From an uncultured Porphyromonadaceae bacterium (GTDB lineage: Bacteria; Bacteroidota; Bacteroidia; Bacteroidales; UBA12481), in NCBI GenBank assembly GCA_964547475.1, contig CAZJNQ010000002.1, forward strand, positions 18,378-82,377: a stretch of 64,000 bases of DNA, read 5' to 3'. A program made the position numbers and the translations under genes. The notes beneath the pieces were generated by a model. That model was not told the DNA's origin. It searched no databases and saw only the letters and a list, made by a program, of their open reading frames with translations. Below, piece after piece: positions 9,955-19,145 of this stretch. Position 1 is the stretch's first letter; each line of letters starts with the position of its first letter.

Positions 9955-10956
9955 ATGAAAGAGGCCTGGAAGTTTTCATTTTTATTGAGCCTGATGGGCC
10001 TGTCGGGTTGTTATCCTGCTTTCGTTTTTCAGATGGAGGGGTTAGAACCGGCCAAGATCAGTATTCCAGCGTCGGTCACATCAATAACGGTTTTTTCAAG
10101 GATCGATATTGACAGCACTTCTAAGCCTGCCCGGATCGAAAGTGCCGGGAAAATGAATTTTACTCTTGACAGCCTCATGGCTAAAGAAGCCGTCCTGGGC
10201 TGCGTTGATGAACTGATCAAAAGTCCCCGTTTTGAGGTTTATGATCCGATGGTGAAAAGAAACCTGGCTGGTGATTTTACCAATCCTGCGAGGCCACTTC
10301 CCTGGAATATCATCGGTGAGATAGTTGGTGACCCGCCGCTCGATGCAGCTTTAGCTCTTGAATCATGCCATTACCGCGACACGGTCATCAGCCTGGTCAG
10401 GGACGGCTGGAAAACTTATTCTTTCTTACAGATTCTCAGTACTTACTGGAGACTCTACGAGCTGAAAAGCAATCAGTTCACTGAATACCAGTTCACAGAT
10501 ACCCTGACCTATGAGCTCTGGGAAGTCGAGGAAATGATCCAATCCTCTCCATTTGATCATTTTATGGTCATTGAGGGGATGTACGAGACAGGAAAAAAGA
10601 CCGCCCACAAAATTGCACCCTACTGGATACAGCTCGAAAGAGCCTATTTTCCGTATGGTCCACATGATTTTCATAAAGGCGCCAGATATATGAGGGAAGG
10701 TAACTGGGCCGAAGCAGCGGGGATTTGGGATCTTTACGTTGATTCCCGCAACTCTGTCGAGGCAGCGAAGGCTTGCTATAACATGGCCGTGACCTGTGAA
10801 TTGGCAGGCGAAATTCCTTTGGCACTGGAGTGGTTGGACAAATCCGGTCAAAAAGGTATGCATCCCTTTTATATCAACGAATACCGCAAAGAACTGGTGA
10901 TCAGGGCGGAAAAGAATAAACTGCTGGATCTGCAAATGTTGCAGGAAGGCCAATAG
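9955..10956 (+). CDS. Lipoprotein with C-terminal TPR-like hairpin, paralog of the previous gene; function unknown
   Basis: Lipobox LSGC. It carries GNWAEAAGIWD...AKACYNMAVTCELAGEIPLALEWLDKS. The gap to the upstream paralog is 3 nt. Confidence 0.8.
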   Translation: MKEAWKFSFLLSLMGLSGCYPAFVFQMEGLEPAKISIPASVTSITVFSRIDIDSTSKPARIESAGKMNFTLDSLMAKEAVLGCVDELIKSPRFEVYDPMVKRNLAGDFTNPARPLPWNIIGEIVGDPPLDAALALESCHYRDTVISLVRDGWKTYSFLQILSTYWRLYELKSNQFTEYQFTDTLTYELWEVEEMIQSSPFDHFMVIEGMYETGKKTAHKIAPYWIQLERAYFPYGPHDFHKGARYMREGNWAEAAGIWDLYVDSRNSVEAAKACYNMAVTCELAGEIPLALEWLDKSGQKGMHPFYINEYRKELVIRAEKNKLLDLQMLQEGQ

Positions 10957-11023
10957 AATTGCGTGACGCGTGATACAGGCTCCTTAGTTCGAATGTTTTT
11001 TATTTAACCTGACACCTGCTATA

Positions 11024-12295
11024 ATGAATCCAACGGCAGAAATCATTACCATCGGAGACGAAATCCTGATCGGACAAACGATTGACACGAACTCGGCCTG
11101 GATCGGTGAGCATCTGTCGGAAATCGGGATACCGGTCAACCGTATAATTTCCATTTCGGATCAGCCGGGGGAAATCCGCCTGGCACTGCAGGAATCATTG
11201 AAGCGATCGGACCTGGTGCTCATCACCGGAGGCCTCGGGCCGACCAACGATGACCGGACAAAGAAAACGCTGTGTGACTATTTTCAATCCCGATTAATAC
11301 CGGATCCGATTATCCTGCAAGACATTGAGCAGCTCCTGGCTTCACGGAATGTTCCTGTCAACCCGCTGAACCGTGACCAAGCCCTTGTGCCTGACAACTG
11401 CCGTGTCATCAGGAATCAGGCAGGTACTGCACCGGGAATGTGGTTTGAGAGGGAAGGCAAAGTTGTCATTTCCATGCCGGGAGTGCCCTATGAAATGATC
11501 AGTATGATGGAATCCTCGGTAATCCCGGCTTTGAAGGACGTTTTCAAGGTACCGGTGATCCTGCAAAGAACCATCATGATAACGGGCATCGCCGAATCGG
11601 TCCTGGCTTCCCGGATAAGAACCTGGGAAAAAAACCTGCCTGCAGGATTCTCGCTTGCCTATCTTCCGTCTCCCGGGATTGTCAAGCTCCGCATTACGGC
11701 CCGGGGAGGTGATGCAGGGGCAAAACTCACGGAGATAGATGGACTGATCCATTCATTGAGGGAAATCATCCCGGACGCGATTTACGGTTACGATGAAATC
11801 ACCCTGGAAGAGACGATCGGCCAATTGCTTCTGGCAAACGGGCTCACAGTTGTTACCGCTGAAAGCTGCACCGGTGGGGCGATTGCTTCGTTAATCACCG
11901 GAGTTCCTGGAAGTTCGTCGTGGTACCTGGGCAGTATTGTGGCCTATGCCAATGACTTGAAAGAAAAATTGCTGGGAGTGGAGCCTGACAGTATCAGCCG
12001 GTTTGGAGCCGTCAGCAGGGAGGTGGTTGAACAAATGGCAATACAGGCACGGATCAGGATGGGAGCCGATTATGCCATTGCTGTATCCGGAATTGCAGGC
12101 CCCGACGGCGGAACCGCTGATAAACCGGTGGGCACCGTCTGGATAGCGGTATCGGGTGCCTCAGGAACGGGATCCGAACTATTCCGCTTTGGCGAGCACC
12201 GCGGCCGGAATATCCGTAAAGCCTCACTGGCAGCCTTAAATATGTTACGCATCAGGATTTTGAAAGAAACAGCGGGAACTCGGCCAAAATATTAA
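11024..12295 (+). CDS. cinA: CinA family protein (competence/damage-inducible; NMN amidohydrolase type)
   Basis: 423 aa. It has an N-terminal MoCF-biosynthesis-like domain (AEIITIGDEILIGQTIDTNSAWIG, LVLITGGLGPTNDD) and a C-terminal CinA domain (TAESCTGGAIAS, SGIAGPDGG). Confidence 0.88.
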   Translation: MNPTAEIITIGDEILIGQTIDTNSAWIGEHLSEIGIPVNRIISISDQPGEIRLALQESLKRSDLVLITGGLGPTNDDRTKKTLCDYFQSRLIPDPIILQDIEQLLASRNVPVNPLNRDQALVPDNCRVIRNQAGTAPGMWFEREGKVVISMPGVPYEMISMMESSVIPALKDVFKVPVILQRTIMITGIAESVLASRIRTWEKNLPAGFSLAYLPSPGIVKLRITARGGDAGAKLTEIDGLIHSLREIIPDAIYGYDEITLEETIGQLLLANGLTVVTAESCTGGAIASLITGVPGSSSWYLGSIVAYANDLKEKLLGVEPDSISRFGAVSREVVEQMAIQARIRMGADYAIAVSGIAGPDGGTADKPVGTVWIAVSGASGTGSELFRFGEHRGRNIRKASLAALNMLRIRILKETAGTRPKY

Positions 12296-12390
12296 CACTT
12301 TGAGGTTGACAACAAGAATTCTTTTTTTTCAGAAAGAGCTTGATTAATTGAAGAAAAATGCCGTAATTTGCGATCCAAAATTCATCGAGC

Positions 12391-12633
12391 ATGTCGAAGT
12401 TGTGTCAGATAACCGGTAAGATGATGATGGTTGGGAATCATGTTTCCCATTCCAACCGGAGGGTCAAAAGGCGTTTTTATCCAAACCTGTTTACCAGGAA
12501 ATTCTACCTTGAAGAGGAAAAACGCTGGATCACGCTGAAGGTATCAGCAGCAGGAATCAGGAACATCAACAAGAAAGGATTGTCTGCCTGCCTGAAAGAG
12601 GCTCAGGAGAAAGGCTTCATTACCCGTTATTAA
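12391..12633 (+). CDS. rpmB: 50S ribosomal protein L28
   Basis: 80 aa: [33 protein letters not shown]... Confidence 0.95.
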   Translation: MSKLCQITGKMMMVGNHVSHSNRRVKRRFYPNLFTRKFYLEEEKRWITLKVSAAGIRNINKKGLSACLKEAQEKGFITRY

Positions 12634-12648
12634 TAAAAGGAACGAATC

Positions 12649-12837
12649 ATGGCTAAAAAAGGCAAAGGCAACCGGATACAGGTAATCCTGGAATGTACAG
12701 AGCACAAAGCAACCGGCCTTCCAGGCACCTCCAGGTATATCACTACGAAAAACAGGAAGAATACCCCGGACCGTATGGAGATGAAGAAATACAATCCGAT
12801 TTTACACAAGGTCACCCTGCACAGGGAAATTAAATAG
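12649..12837 (+). CDS. rpmG: 50S ribosomal protein L33
   Basis: 62 aa: [20 protein letters not shown]...[21 protein letters not shown]. Confidence 0.95.
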   Translation: MAKKGKGNRIQVILECTEHKATGLPGTSRYITTKNRKNTPDRMEMKKYNPILHKVTLHREIK

Positions 12838-12844
12838 TTCGAGT

Positions 12845-13000
12845 ATGGCAAAGAAAGTTGTTGCAACGCTGCAAACGGGTAAAGGAAGGCATTATGCCAA
12901 AGTTATAAAAATGGTGAAATCACCAAAGACAGGAGCCTACTCCTTTAAAGAAGATATCGTTCACACGGATCATATTAAGGATTACTTCAACCAGAAATAA
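12845..13000 (+). CDS. DUF4295-type small basic protein (probable Bacteroidota-specific ribosomal protein)
   Basis: Not in the ORF track (51 aa). Hand translation gives MAKKVVATLQTGKGRHYAKVIKMVKSPKTGAYSFKEDIVHTDHIKDYFNQK. It starts 7 nt after the rpmG stop and is followed by an intrinsic terminator. Confidence 0.75.
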   Translation: MAKKVVATLQTGKGRHYAKVIKMVKSPKTGAYSFKEDIVHTDHIKDYFNQK

Positions 13001-13030
13001 TCGGGCATTCATTTCAAAGCATTAACAGGG

Positions 13031-13067
13031 GCTTTCTTCACCACCGTGAGGAAAGCTCTTTCGTTTT
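13031..13067 (+). terminator. Intrinsic terminator of the rpmB-rpmG-DUF4295 operon
   Basis: 10-bp stem GCTTTCTTCA / TGAGGAAAGC (one G-U pair), loop CCACCG, followed by TCTTTCGTTTT. Confidence 0.65.
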
Positions 13068-13082
13068 AATCATATTTGCACC

Positions 13083-14045
13083 ATGGGACTATTTAACTGG
13101 TTCACCGAGGATAAGAAGAAGAACCTTGATCAGGGTTTAGCCAAGACGAAAGAGAGCGTTTTTCAGAAGTTGACACGGGTAATTGCCGGTAAAAGCAAGG
13201 TTGATGAGGACGTCCTGGATAATCTGGAAGAAATGCTTATTTCTTCTGACGTGGGAGTTCAGACCACGCTCAGGATCATCGAACGTATTAAGTTACGTGT
13301 GTCCCGGGATAAGTATATGAATACCGATGAACTTAACCGCATCCTGCGTGAGGAGATATCCGCCCTGCTGTCAGAGAATCAGACGCGTGACCTGGAAGAT
13401 TTGCCATTCCCGGCAGCCGGAGGGCCTTATGTGATCATGGTTGTCGGCGTCAACGGGGTAGGCAAGACCACCACAATCGGCAAGCTGGCATACCAATATA
13501 AATCGGCTGGCAAAAAGGTTATCCTGGGAGCAGCCGATACGTTCAGGGCTGCCGCAATAGAGCAGCTGGAAATATGGTCTGAGCGGGCAGACGTTCCTTT
13601 GATCAAGCAGAAAATGGGTGCCGATCCCGCCTCTGTTGCCTATGATACCTTGCGTTCGGCAGTCGCACAAAAAGCGGATGTTGTCATCGTCGATACCGCC
13701 GGCCGGCTGCATAACAAGGTAAACCTGATGAATGAACTGACCAAGATCCGGAATGTCATGAAAAAGGTGATCCCGGAAGCCCCCCAGGAGGTTCTCCTGA
13801 TATTGGACGGCTCGACCGGGCAGAACGCTTTTGAACAAGCCCGGCAATTTACAGCGGCAACCGAGGTTACGGCCCTTGCCCTGACCAAACTTGACGGCAC
13901 GGCCAAAGGCGGAGTCGTCATCGGCATAAGCGACCAGTTTAAGATTCCGGTCCGTTATATCGGAATCGGCGAGAAAATAGAAGACCTTCAGATTTTCAAT
14001 AAGGACGTTTTTGTGGAATCCCTTTTTGGAACCGATCAATCCTAA
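13083..14045 (+). CDS. ftsY: Signal recognition particle receptor FtsY
   Basis: GVNGVGKTTT (G1), DTAGR (G3) and TKLD (G4). SRP-GTPase NG domain, 320 aa. Confidence 0.94.
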   Translation: MGLFNWFTEDKKKNLDQGLAKTKESVFQKLTRVIAGKSKVDEDVLDNLEEMLISSDVGVQTTLRIIERIKLRVSRDKYMNTDELNRILREEISALLSENQTRDLEDLPFPAAGGPYVIMVVGVNGVGKTTTIGKLAYQYKSAGKKVILGAADTFRAAAIEQLEIWSERADVPLIKQKMGADPASVAYDTLRSAVAQKADVVIVDTAGRLHNKVNLMNELTKIRNVMKKVIPEAPQEVLLILDGSTGQNAFEQARQFTAATEVTALALTKLDGTAKGGVVIGISDQFKIPVRYIGIGEKIEDLQIFNKDVFVESLFGTDQS

Positions 14046-15332
14046 ATGCGCGCCGATATCATCAACCTTGGTTGTTCCAAGAACCTGGTGGATTCTGAGA
14101 AGCTCATGACCCAGCTAAGGGCGCAGGGCGTTCAGTCATGCATAGACCCCATACGAGTCGATGCTGACGTGCTGATCATCAATACCTGTGGATTTATCCT
14201 GGACGCCCGGCAAGAATCGATTGATACTATACTGGCTGCGGTCGAATTAAGGAAACAGGACAGGGTCAAGCGCATTATCGTCATGGGCTGTCTGGTGCAG
14301 AGATACGCTGATGACCTGCGGACTGAAATTCCAGAGATCGATGCCTGGTTTGGAGTGGATCAGGTTGACCATTTGCTGTCCTACCTGGATCTGCACTATA
14401 ATCCGGAAATACTCAACCAGCGCCGGATATCGACACCTAAGCATTATGCCTTTCTGAAAGTCTCTGAAGGGTGCAGCCGGAAATGTGCGTTTTGTTCAAT
14501 TCCTTCCATCCGGGGCAAGCATGTTTCACGACCGGTGGAGGAAATCCTGAGCGAAGCTGCTTTCCTGGCCGCAAGCGGGGTGCGCGAAATCCTGCTCATT
14601 GCTCAGGATCTTTCCTATTATGGACGCGAGCTGTATCATGAAAGCATGCTGGTTCCGCTGCTGGAAAAAATGTCCGGTATCGAAGGCCTGAAATGGATAC
14701 GCCTGCATTATACTTACCCCGAAAAGTTCCCGGAAGGCCTGATCGGAATGATGGGTTCGGAACCAAAAATTTGCAGGTACCTTGACATGCCTTTTCAGCA
14801 TATCAGTGATAAAATGCTGAAAAGAATGAAAAGGGGTTACACACGGGCTGATACATTGAAAATCGTTGAGGATATCAGGAAAGGCGTCCCGGGGGTTCAC
14901 ATCCGGACATCGCTGATCGTAGGTCATCCGGGTGAGACAGAAAAAGAGTATGCGGAGTTACTCAACTTCGTGAGGGAATCAAGATTCGAAAGGCTTGGCG
15001 TATTCAAGTATTCACAAGAAGACGGAACCTTTGCCAGGGATCATTACAAGGATGATGTTCCCGAAGCAGTAAAGCAGGATCGGTATGATGAAATCATGGA
15101 AACCCAGAGGACCATATCCGGACAGATCAACAGAAACAAGGTGGGGCAGCGAATGGAAATACTGATTGACCGAAAGGAGGGTGAATTCTATGTGGGACGT
15201 TCAGAGTTTGATTCTCCGGAAGTGGATCAGGAAATTCTCGTATCTTCACGGAGACGAACCCTGAAGACCGGTGTTTTTTACCCGGCCGAGATTGTGAAGT
15301 CCGATGAATACGACCTCTATGCAGTCATATAG
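14046..15332 (+). CDS. rimO: Ribosomal protein S12 methylthiotransferase RimO
   Basis: Its ATG directly abuts the ftsY stop. N-terminal LGCSKNLVDSE, radical-SAM CSRKCAFC (CxxxCxxC), and a C-terminal TRAM-like region. Confidence 0.92.
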   Translation: MRADIINLGCSKNLVDSEKLMTQLRAQGVQSCIDPIRVDADVLIINTCGFILDARQESIDTILAAVELRKQDRVKRIIVMGCLVQRYADDLRTEIPEIDAWFGVDQVDHLLSYLDLHYNPEILNQRRISTPKHYAFLKVSEGCSRKCAFCSIPSIRGKHVSRPVEEILSEAAFLAASGVREILLIAQDLSYYGRELYHESMLVPLLEKMSGIEGLKWIRLHYTYPEKFPEGLIGMMGSEPKICRYLDMPFQHISDKMLKRMKRGYTRADTLKIVEDIRKGVPGVHIRTSLIVGHPGETEKEYAELLNFVRESRFERLGVFKYSQEDGTFARDHYKDDVPEAVKQDRYDEIMETQRTISGQINRNKVGQRMEILIDRKEGEFYVGRSEFDSPEVDQEILVSSRRRTLKTGVFYPAEIVKSDEYDLYAVI

Positions 15333-15363
15333 CTGATCGATTGATTGTTACCCAGCCTTGTTC

Positions 15364-15780
15364 ATGTACACTTGCGATGTTACGTTAAGGATCCGTTATG
15401 GTGAGACCGACCAGATGGGTTATGTCTATTATGGGAGATATGCGGAATTCTTCGAGATAGGGCGCACCGAACTGATCCGGAAGCTCGGATTTACTTACAA
15501 GGACTTTGAAGCCAGGGGAATACTGCTGCCTGTAGTGAGCATGATCGTGAAGTACGTAAGACCTGCAGCTTATGATGACCTTATCACCATCCGGACAACT
15601 TTGAAAAAGCTGCCGACTGCCAGGATAGTTTTTTATTATCAGATATTCGATGAGGCGGGCACCCTGATTAATGAGGCTGAATGCCACCTGGTTTTTACCG
15701 ATTCAGCCACCAGAAAACCAGCTAGGCCGCCTGAGGCTTTAATGCAAGCCCTGCAACCTTTTTTTCTGAGTGACTCCTAA
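15364..15780 (+). CDS. Acyl-CoA thioesterase, 4HBT/YbgC family
   Basis: The hot-dog fold signature IRYGETDQMGYVYYGRYAEFFE is typical of YbgC-like thioesterases. The ORF-track start at 15358 is TTG; ATG 15364 is preferred. Confidence 0.85.
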   Translation: MYTCDVTLRIRYGETDQMGYVYYGRYAEFFEIGRTELIRKLGFTYKDFEARGILLPVVSMIVKYVRPAAYDDLITIRTTLKKLPTARIVFYYQIFDEAGTLINEAECHLVFTDSATRKPARPPEALMQALQPFFLSDS

Positions 15781-15789
15781 TCCGAAGCC

Positions 15790-18168
15790 ATGATCCTGAT
15801 AAAAAAGTGGGGATTGTTCTTCATAATGATGATGATGCCTGTTGAATTGGTATCACAGAGACATACCATCAGCGGAACCGTTGAAGATCAGGTAACAGGT
15901 GAAAAGCTTCCGGGTTGCAATGTTTACGATGCTGCAACTTCCCAGGGTACCTCCTCTAATGTATATGGCTTTTTCAGCCTGACCCTGCCAGCCGGTTCAA
16001 TCGTACTTACTTTTTCTTATGTGGGTTTCGAGACGGTAAACGTCAATGTGTTATTGCTTAAAGATACGGTCATCAATATGAGACTGAAACCGATGATCAA
16101 CCTGGACGAAGTGGTCATTTCAGCTGAAAAGGCCAGGTCAGCGGTTCGCAGCACCCAGATGAGCGTTATGGAACTGGATGCACGTACGATTAAAAGCCTC
16201 CCGGTATTCTTAGGTGAAGTTGATGTTCTGAAAGCGCTGCAGCTTCTTCCGGGAGTCAAGGGTGGCAGTGAGGGTACCAGTGGTATTTATGTCAGGGGGG
16301 GTGGTCCTGACCAAAACCTGATTCTGTTGGATGGTGTTCCCGTTTATAATGTTAATCATATGTTTGGATTCTTTTCCGTTTTCAATCCGGATGCTATCCA
16401 GTCTGTCCAGCTGATAACAGGGGGATTCCCGGCACGCTATGGGGGACGCCTGTCTTCAGTCCTGGATATCCGGATGAAAGACGGCAATAACAAGAAATTC
16501 GGAGTGGAAGGAAGTGTAGGCCTTATTTCAAGCAAGCTGACCATTGAAGGACCGATCATCAAGGATCGCACTTCATTCATTGTGTCAGGCAGACGCACTT
16601 ATATCGACGTACTGGCTCAACCATTCATCAGGATGCAGGCCGGTGATGAATATGAAAATTTTAACGCCGGCTATTATTTCTATGATCTCAATGCCAAGAT
16701 CAACCACAGGTTTTCCGACAAGTCCCGTTTGTTTTTAAGTGCATACAGCGGCAAGGATAAGGCCTATATGAAAATGGTTGAGAAAGGCGATGAGTTCCGG
16801 TGGACGGATCAGGCAAACCTGGGATGGGGTAACCTGACTGCTGCCTTGCGCTGGAACTATATCCTGACACCCAAATTATTCAGCAATACCACAATTACTT
16901 ATAGCCGGTATAATTTCCTGACTTCACTCCTCGACAAAGAAGAAATGGGTGGCAACCTTCAACATGAGTACTCGTTCGGTTACAATTCCGGAATCGTTGA
17001 CTGGGCAGGCAAAATTGACTTCGACTATCTGCCTGTTCCCGATCACAGCATCCGTTTCGGCTGCAATTATATCTATCATACCTTTAAACCGGGCATCACT
17101 GTTTTCAGGTTGGAGGAAGGGGAACTCGGAATACCCATTGACACCACCTTCGGCAACCAGAATATTTTTGCCCACGAGTGGTCGGTCTTTGCCGAGGACG
17201 ATTGGAATGTTTTTTCACGGCTGAAAGTAAATGCAGGCTTGCATTTTTCAGGATTCCGGGTTAAAGATTCGACCTATACTTCCCTGCAGCCCAGGCTTTC
17301 TGCCAGGTTTATGGTCAACGAAAAACTATCAGTCAAGGCGGCCTATACGCACATGAGTCAATATATACATCTGCTGACCAATTCGACCATCGGCTTACCG
17401 ACAGACCTCTGGCTGCCGGCCACCGACCGCATCAAACCGTTAAAAGCCATCCAGTATGCATTGGGTTTGGTTTATGACCATGGTGACGGCATCGAACTTA
17501 CCCTTGAAGGTTATTACAAGTCAATGTCGAACCTGATTGAGTATAAGGAAGGGGCCAGCTTCTTCTCGCTGGAAGATGACTGGCAGGATAAGATAGAAGT
17601 GGGAAACGGCAGGGCTTACGGGATTGAGATCCTGCTCCGCAAACAATTCGGAAAGACATCCGGGTGGATCGGTTACACTTTATCCTGGAGTGAACGGCAG
17701 TTTGAAAATATCAGTTTTGGACAATGGTTCCCTTACCGGTATGATAGAAGGCATGATGTTTCCATAGTGGTCAATCAGAAGATCAAGGACAACATCGACA
17801 TCGGCCTGACCTGGGTTTATGGTACGGGTAATGCGGTAACCCTCCCGCTTGAAAAATACGCCTCGTTGGAAAGTTTTTGGTTTGAAAACCGGTACTTCAA
17901 CGGAATTGAGTACTTCGAGAACCGGAATTCGTACCGTATGCCGGCTTACCACAGGCTTGACCTGGGGATCAACTTTCGCAAAACCACCAAATGGGGAGAG
18001 AGGGTTTGGTCATTCGGCGCATACAATGCCTACAACCGGAAAAATCCTTTCTATCTGGCTTTCGACCAGGAATGGGATGAGGTACAAAGATCAACCACAG
18101 TGGTTCTGAAACAGTACTCCCTTTTTCCAATCATTCCTTCCATCAGCTACAGCTTTAAAATCAAGTGA
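15790..18168 (+). CDS. TonB-dependent outer-membrane receptor with N-terminal carboxypeptidase-regulatory-like domain
   Basis: 792 aa with a signal peptide. A CarbopepD_reg-like segment (ISGTVEDQVTGEKLPGCNVYD...GFFSLTLPAG) is followed by a plug (DVLKALQLLPGVKGGSEGTSGIYVRGGGPDQNLILLDGVPVYN). The barrel ends in an aromatic-rich terminus (...ISYSFKIK). No STN signalling extension is visible. Confidence 0.9.
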   Translation: MILIKKWGLFFIMMMMPVELVSQRHTISGTVEDQVTGEKLPGCNVYDAATSQGTSSNVYGFFSLTLPAGSIVLTFSYVGFETVNVNVLLLKDTVINMRLKPMINLDEVVISAEKARSAVRSTQMSVMELDARTIKSLPVFLGEVDVLKALQLLPGVKGGSEGTSGIYVRGGGPDQNLILLDGVPVYNVNHMFGFFSVFNPDAIQSVQLITGGFPARYGGRLSSVLDIRMKDGNNKKFGVEGSVGLISSKLTIEGPIIKDRTSFIVSGRRTYIDVLAQPFIRMQAGDEYENFNAGYYFYDLNAKINHRFSDKSRLFLSAYSGKDKAYMKMVEKGDEFRWTDQANLGWGNLTAALRWNYILTPKLFSNTTITYSRYNFLTSLLDKEEMGGNLQHEYSFGYNSGIVDWAGKIDFDYLPVPDHSIRFGCNYIYHTFKPGITVFRLEEGELGIPIDTTFGNQNIFAHEWSVFAEDDWNVFSRLKVNAGLHFSGFRVKDSTYTSLQPRLSARFMVNEKLSVKAAYTHMSQYIHLLTNSTIGLPTDLWLPATDRIKPLKAIQYALGLVYDHGDGIELTLEGYYKSMSNLIEYKEGASFFSLEDDWQDKIEVGNGRAYGIEILLRKQFGKTSGWIGYTLSWSERQFENISFGQWFPYRYDRRHDVSIVVNQKIKDNIDIGLTWVYGTGNAVTLPLEKYASLESFWFENRYFNGIEYFENRNSYRMPAYHRLDLGINFRKTTKWGERVWSFGAYNAYNRKNPFYLAFDQEWDEVQRSTTVVLKQYSLFPIIPSISYSFKIK

Positions 18169-18170
18169 TT

Positions 18171-19100
18171 ATGACAAGAAATCACTTTAAGATAACATTC
18201 ATTCCAATCATCCTTGCCGGTACGATCCTGGCTACGGCATGCGAGAAAATCATTGATATCGAGATTCCGGACAATGAGCGCAAAATAGTGGTCAACGGTA
18301 TTATCAGCGAAGATCAGACGGCGGCGGTGAATCTGTCGAGAAGCCTGACCGTGCTGGAAGCTGATGAGTTTGTATTCATTTATGATGCTGCAGTCAGGCT
18401 GTTTCAGGGAGACAGGTTGGTGGGCCAGTTTACGGCGGATAAAAACGGAACCTATTTTTTACCGGATTTCAAACCCCTGGCTGGCAATACCTACCGGTTG
18501 ACAGTCGATTATCCGGGACTCAATCCGGTTGAAGCGGAAACAACGGTTCCCGATATGGTTCCCATGACGACCTGCGATACACTCGTGATCGAATCCGAAT
18601 GGGGTTACCGGGACTACAGGATAAAAATTGTCTTTAACGACCCGGCAGGAAAAGACAATTACTATGGTTTATCTGTTCACATAACCTATGAGGAGATCGA
18701 TTACGTTACCATGGAACCTACGGGAAACATAGTTACCCGCCTGGTGTATATCTATTCTGATTCCGATATGTTTGTGGAGGATGAATCCCACAATTATGGA
18801 GGTAAGATTTACTTCGACGACTTGCTGTTTGAGGGTCAGTCGAAATCGGTTGAAGTAGGTCTGTATGATTATATAATGAGCATGGTTGATTCCGTGAAGA
18901 TTGAAGTACACCTGGAACAGCTCGATCCGGCATTTTATAAATATGTTGTCAGCAATGAGGCCTATCAACAAGCCCACAATAATCCTTTTGCCGAACCGGT
19001 TCAGGTTTATACCAATATACATGGGGGACTCGGGATATTCTCGTCCTATTCATACAGCTCACGGTCATTTACCTTGCCGGGAAGCCGGATCGGAAGGTAA
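18171..19100 (+). CDS. DUF4249-type lipoprotein (usual partner of this TonB-receptor class)
   Basis: Lipobox LATAC. It starts 2 nt after the receptor stop, or overlaps it by 4 nt if GTG 18165 is used. The family name is from memory of this conserved gene pairing. Confidence 0.8.
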   Translation: MTRNHFKITFIPIILAGTILATACEKIIDIEIPDNERKIVVNGIISEDQTAAVNLSRSLTVLEADEFVFIYDAAVRLFQGDRLVGQFTADKNGTYFLPDFKPLAGNTYRLTVDYPGLNPVEAETTVPDMVPMTTCDTLVIESEWGYRDYRIKIVFNDPAGKDNYYGLSVHITYEEIDYVTMEPTGNIVTRLVYIYSDSDMFVEDESHNYGGKIYFDDLLFEGQSKSVEVGLYDYIMSMVDSVKIEVHLEQLDPAFYKYVVSNEAYQQAHNNPFAEPVQVYTNIHGGLGIFSSYSYSSRSFTLPGSRIGR

Positions 19101-19145
19101 ATCATGCCTATCTTGTAACGGGGACCGGTTTGAATCGTCTACACC

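Noticed and set aside
12364-12370. Promoter-like TAATTTG upstream of rpmB, and a similar ATATTTG upstream of ftsY at about 13073
   Set aside because: Both have one nucleotide too few between TA and TTTG, so they read TAnTTTG rather than TAnnTTTG. They may still be functional, but I did not list them as features.
13371-14039. 222-aa ORF antisense to ftsY, plus similar long antisense ORFs at 49557-50201 and 52224-52784 (secA), 7644-8189, 10426-10953, 24589-25095 and 54422-55894
   Set aside because: Every one lies fully inside a strongly supported gene on the other strand. All lack start context and family motifs, so I treat them as non-coding shadow ORFs.
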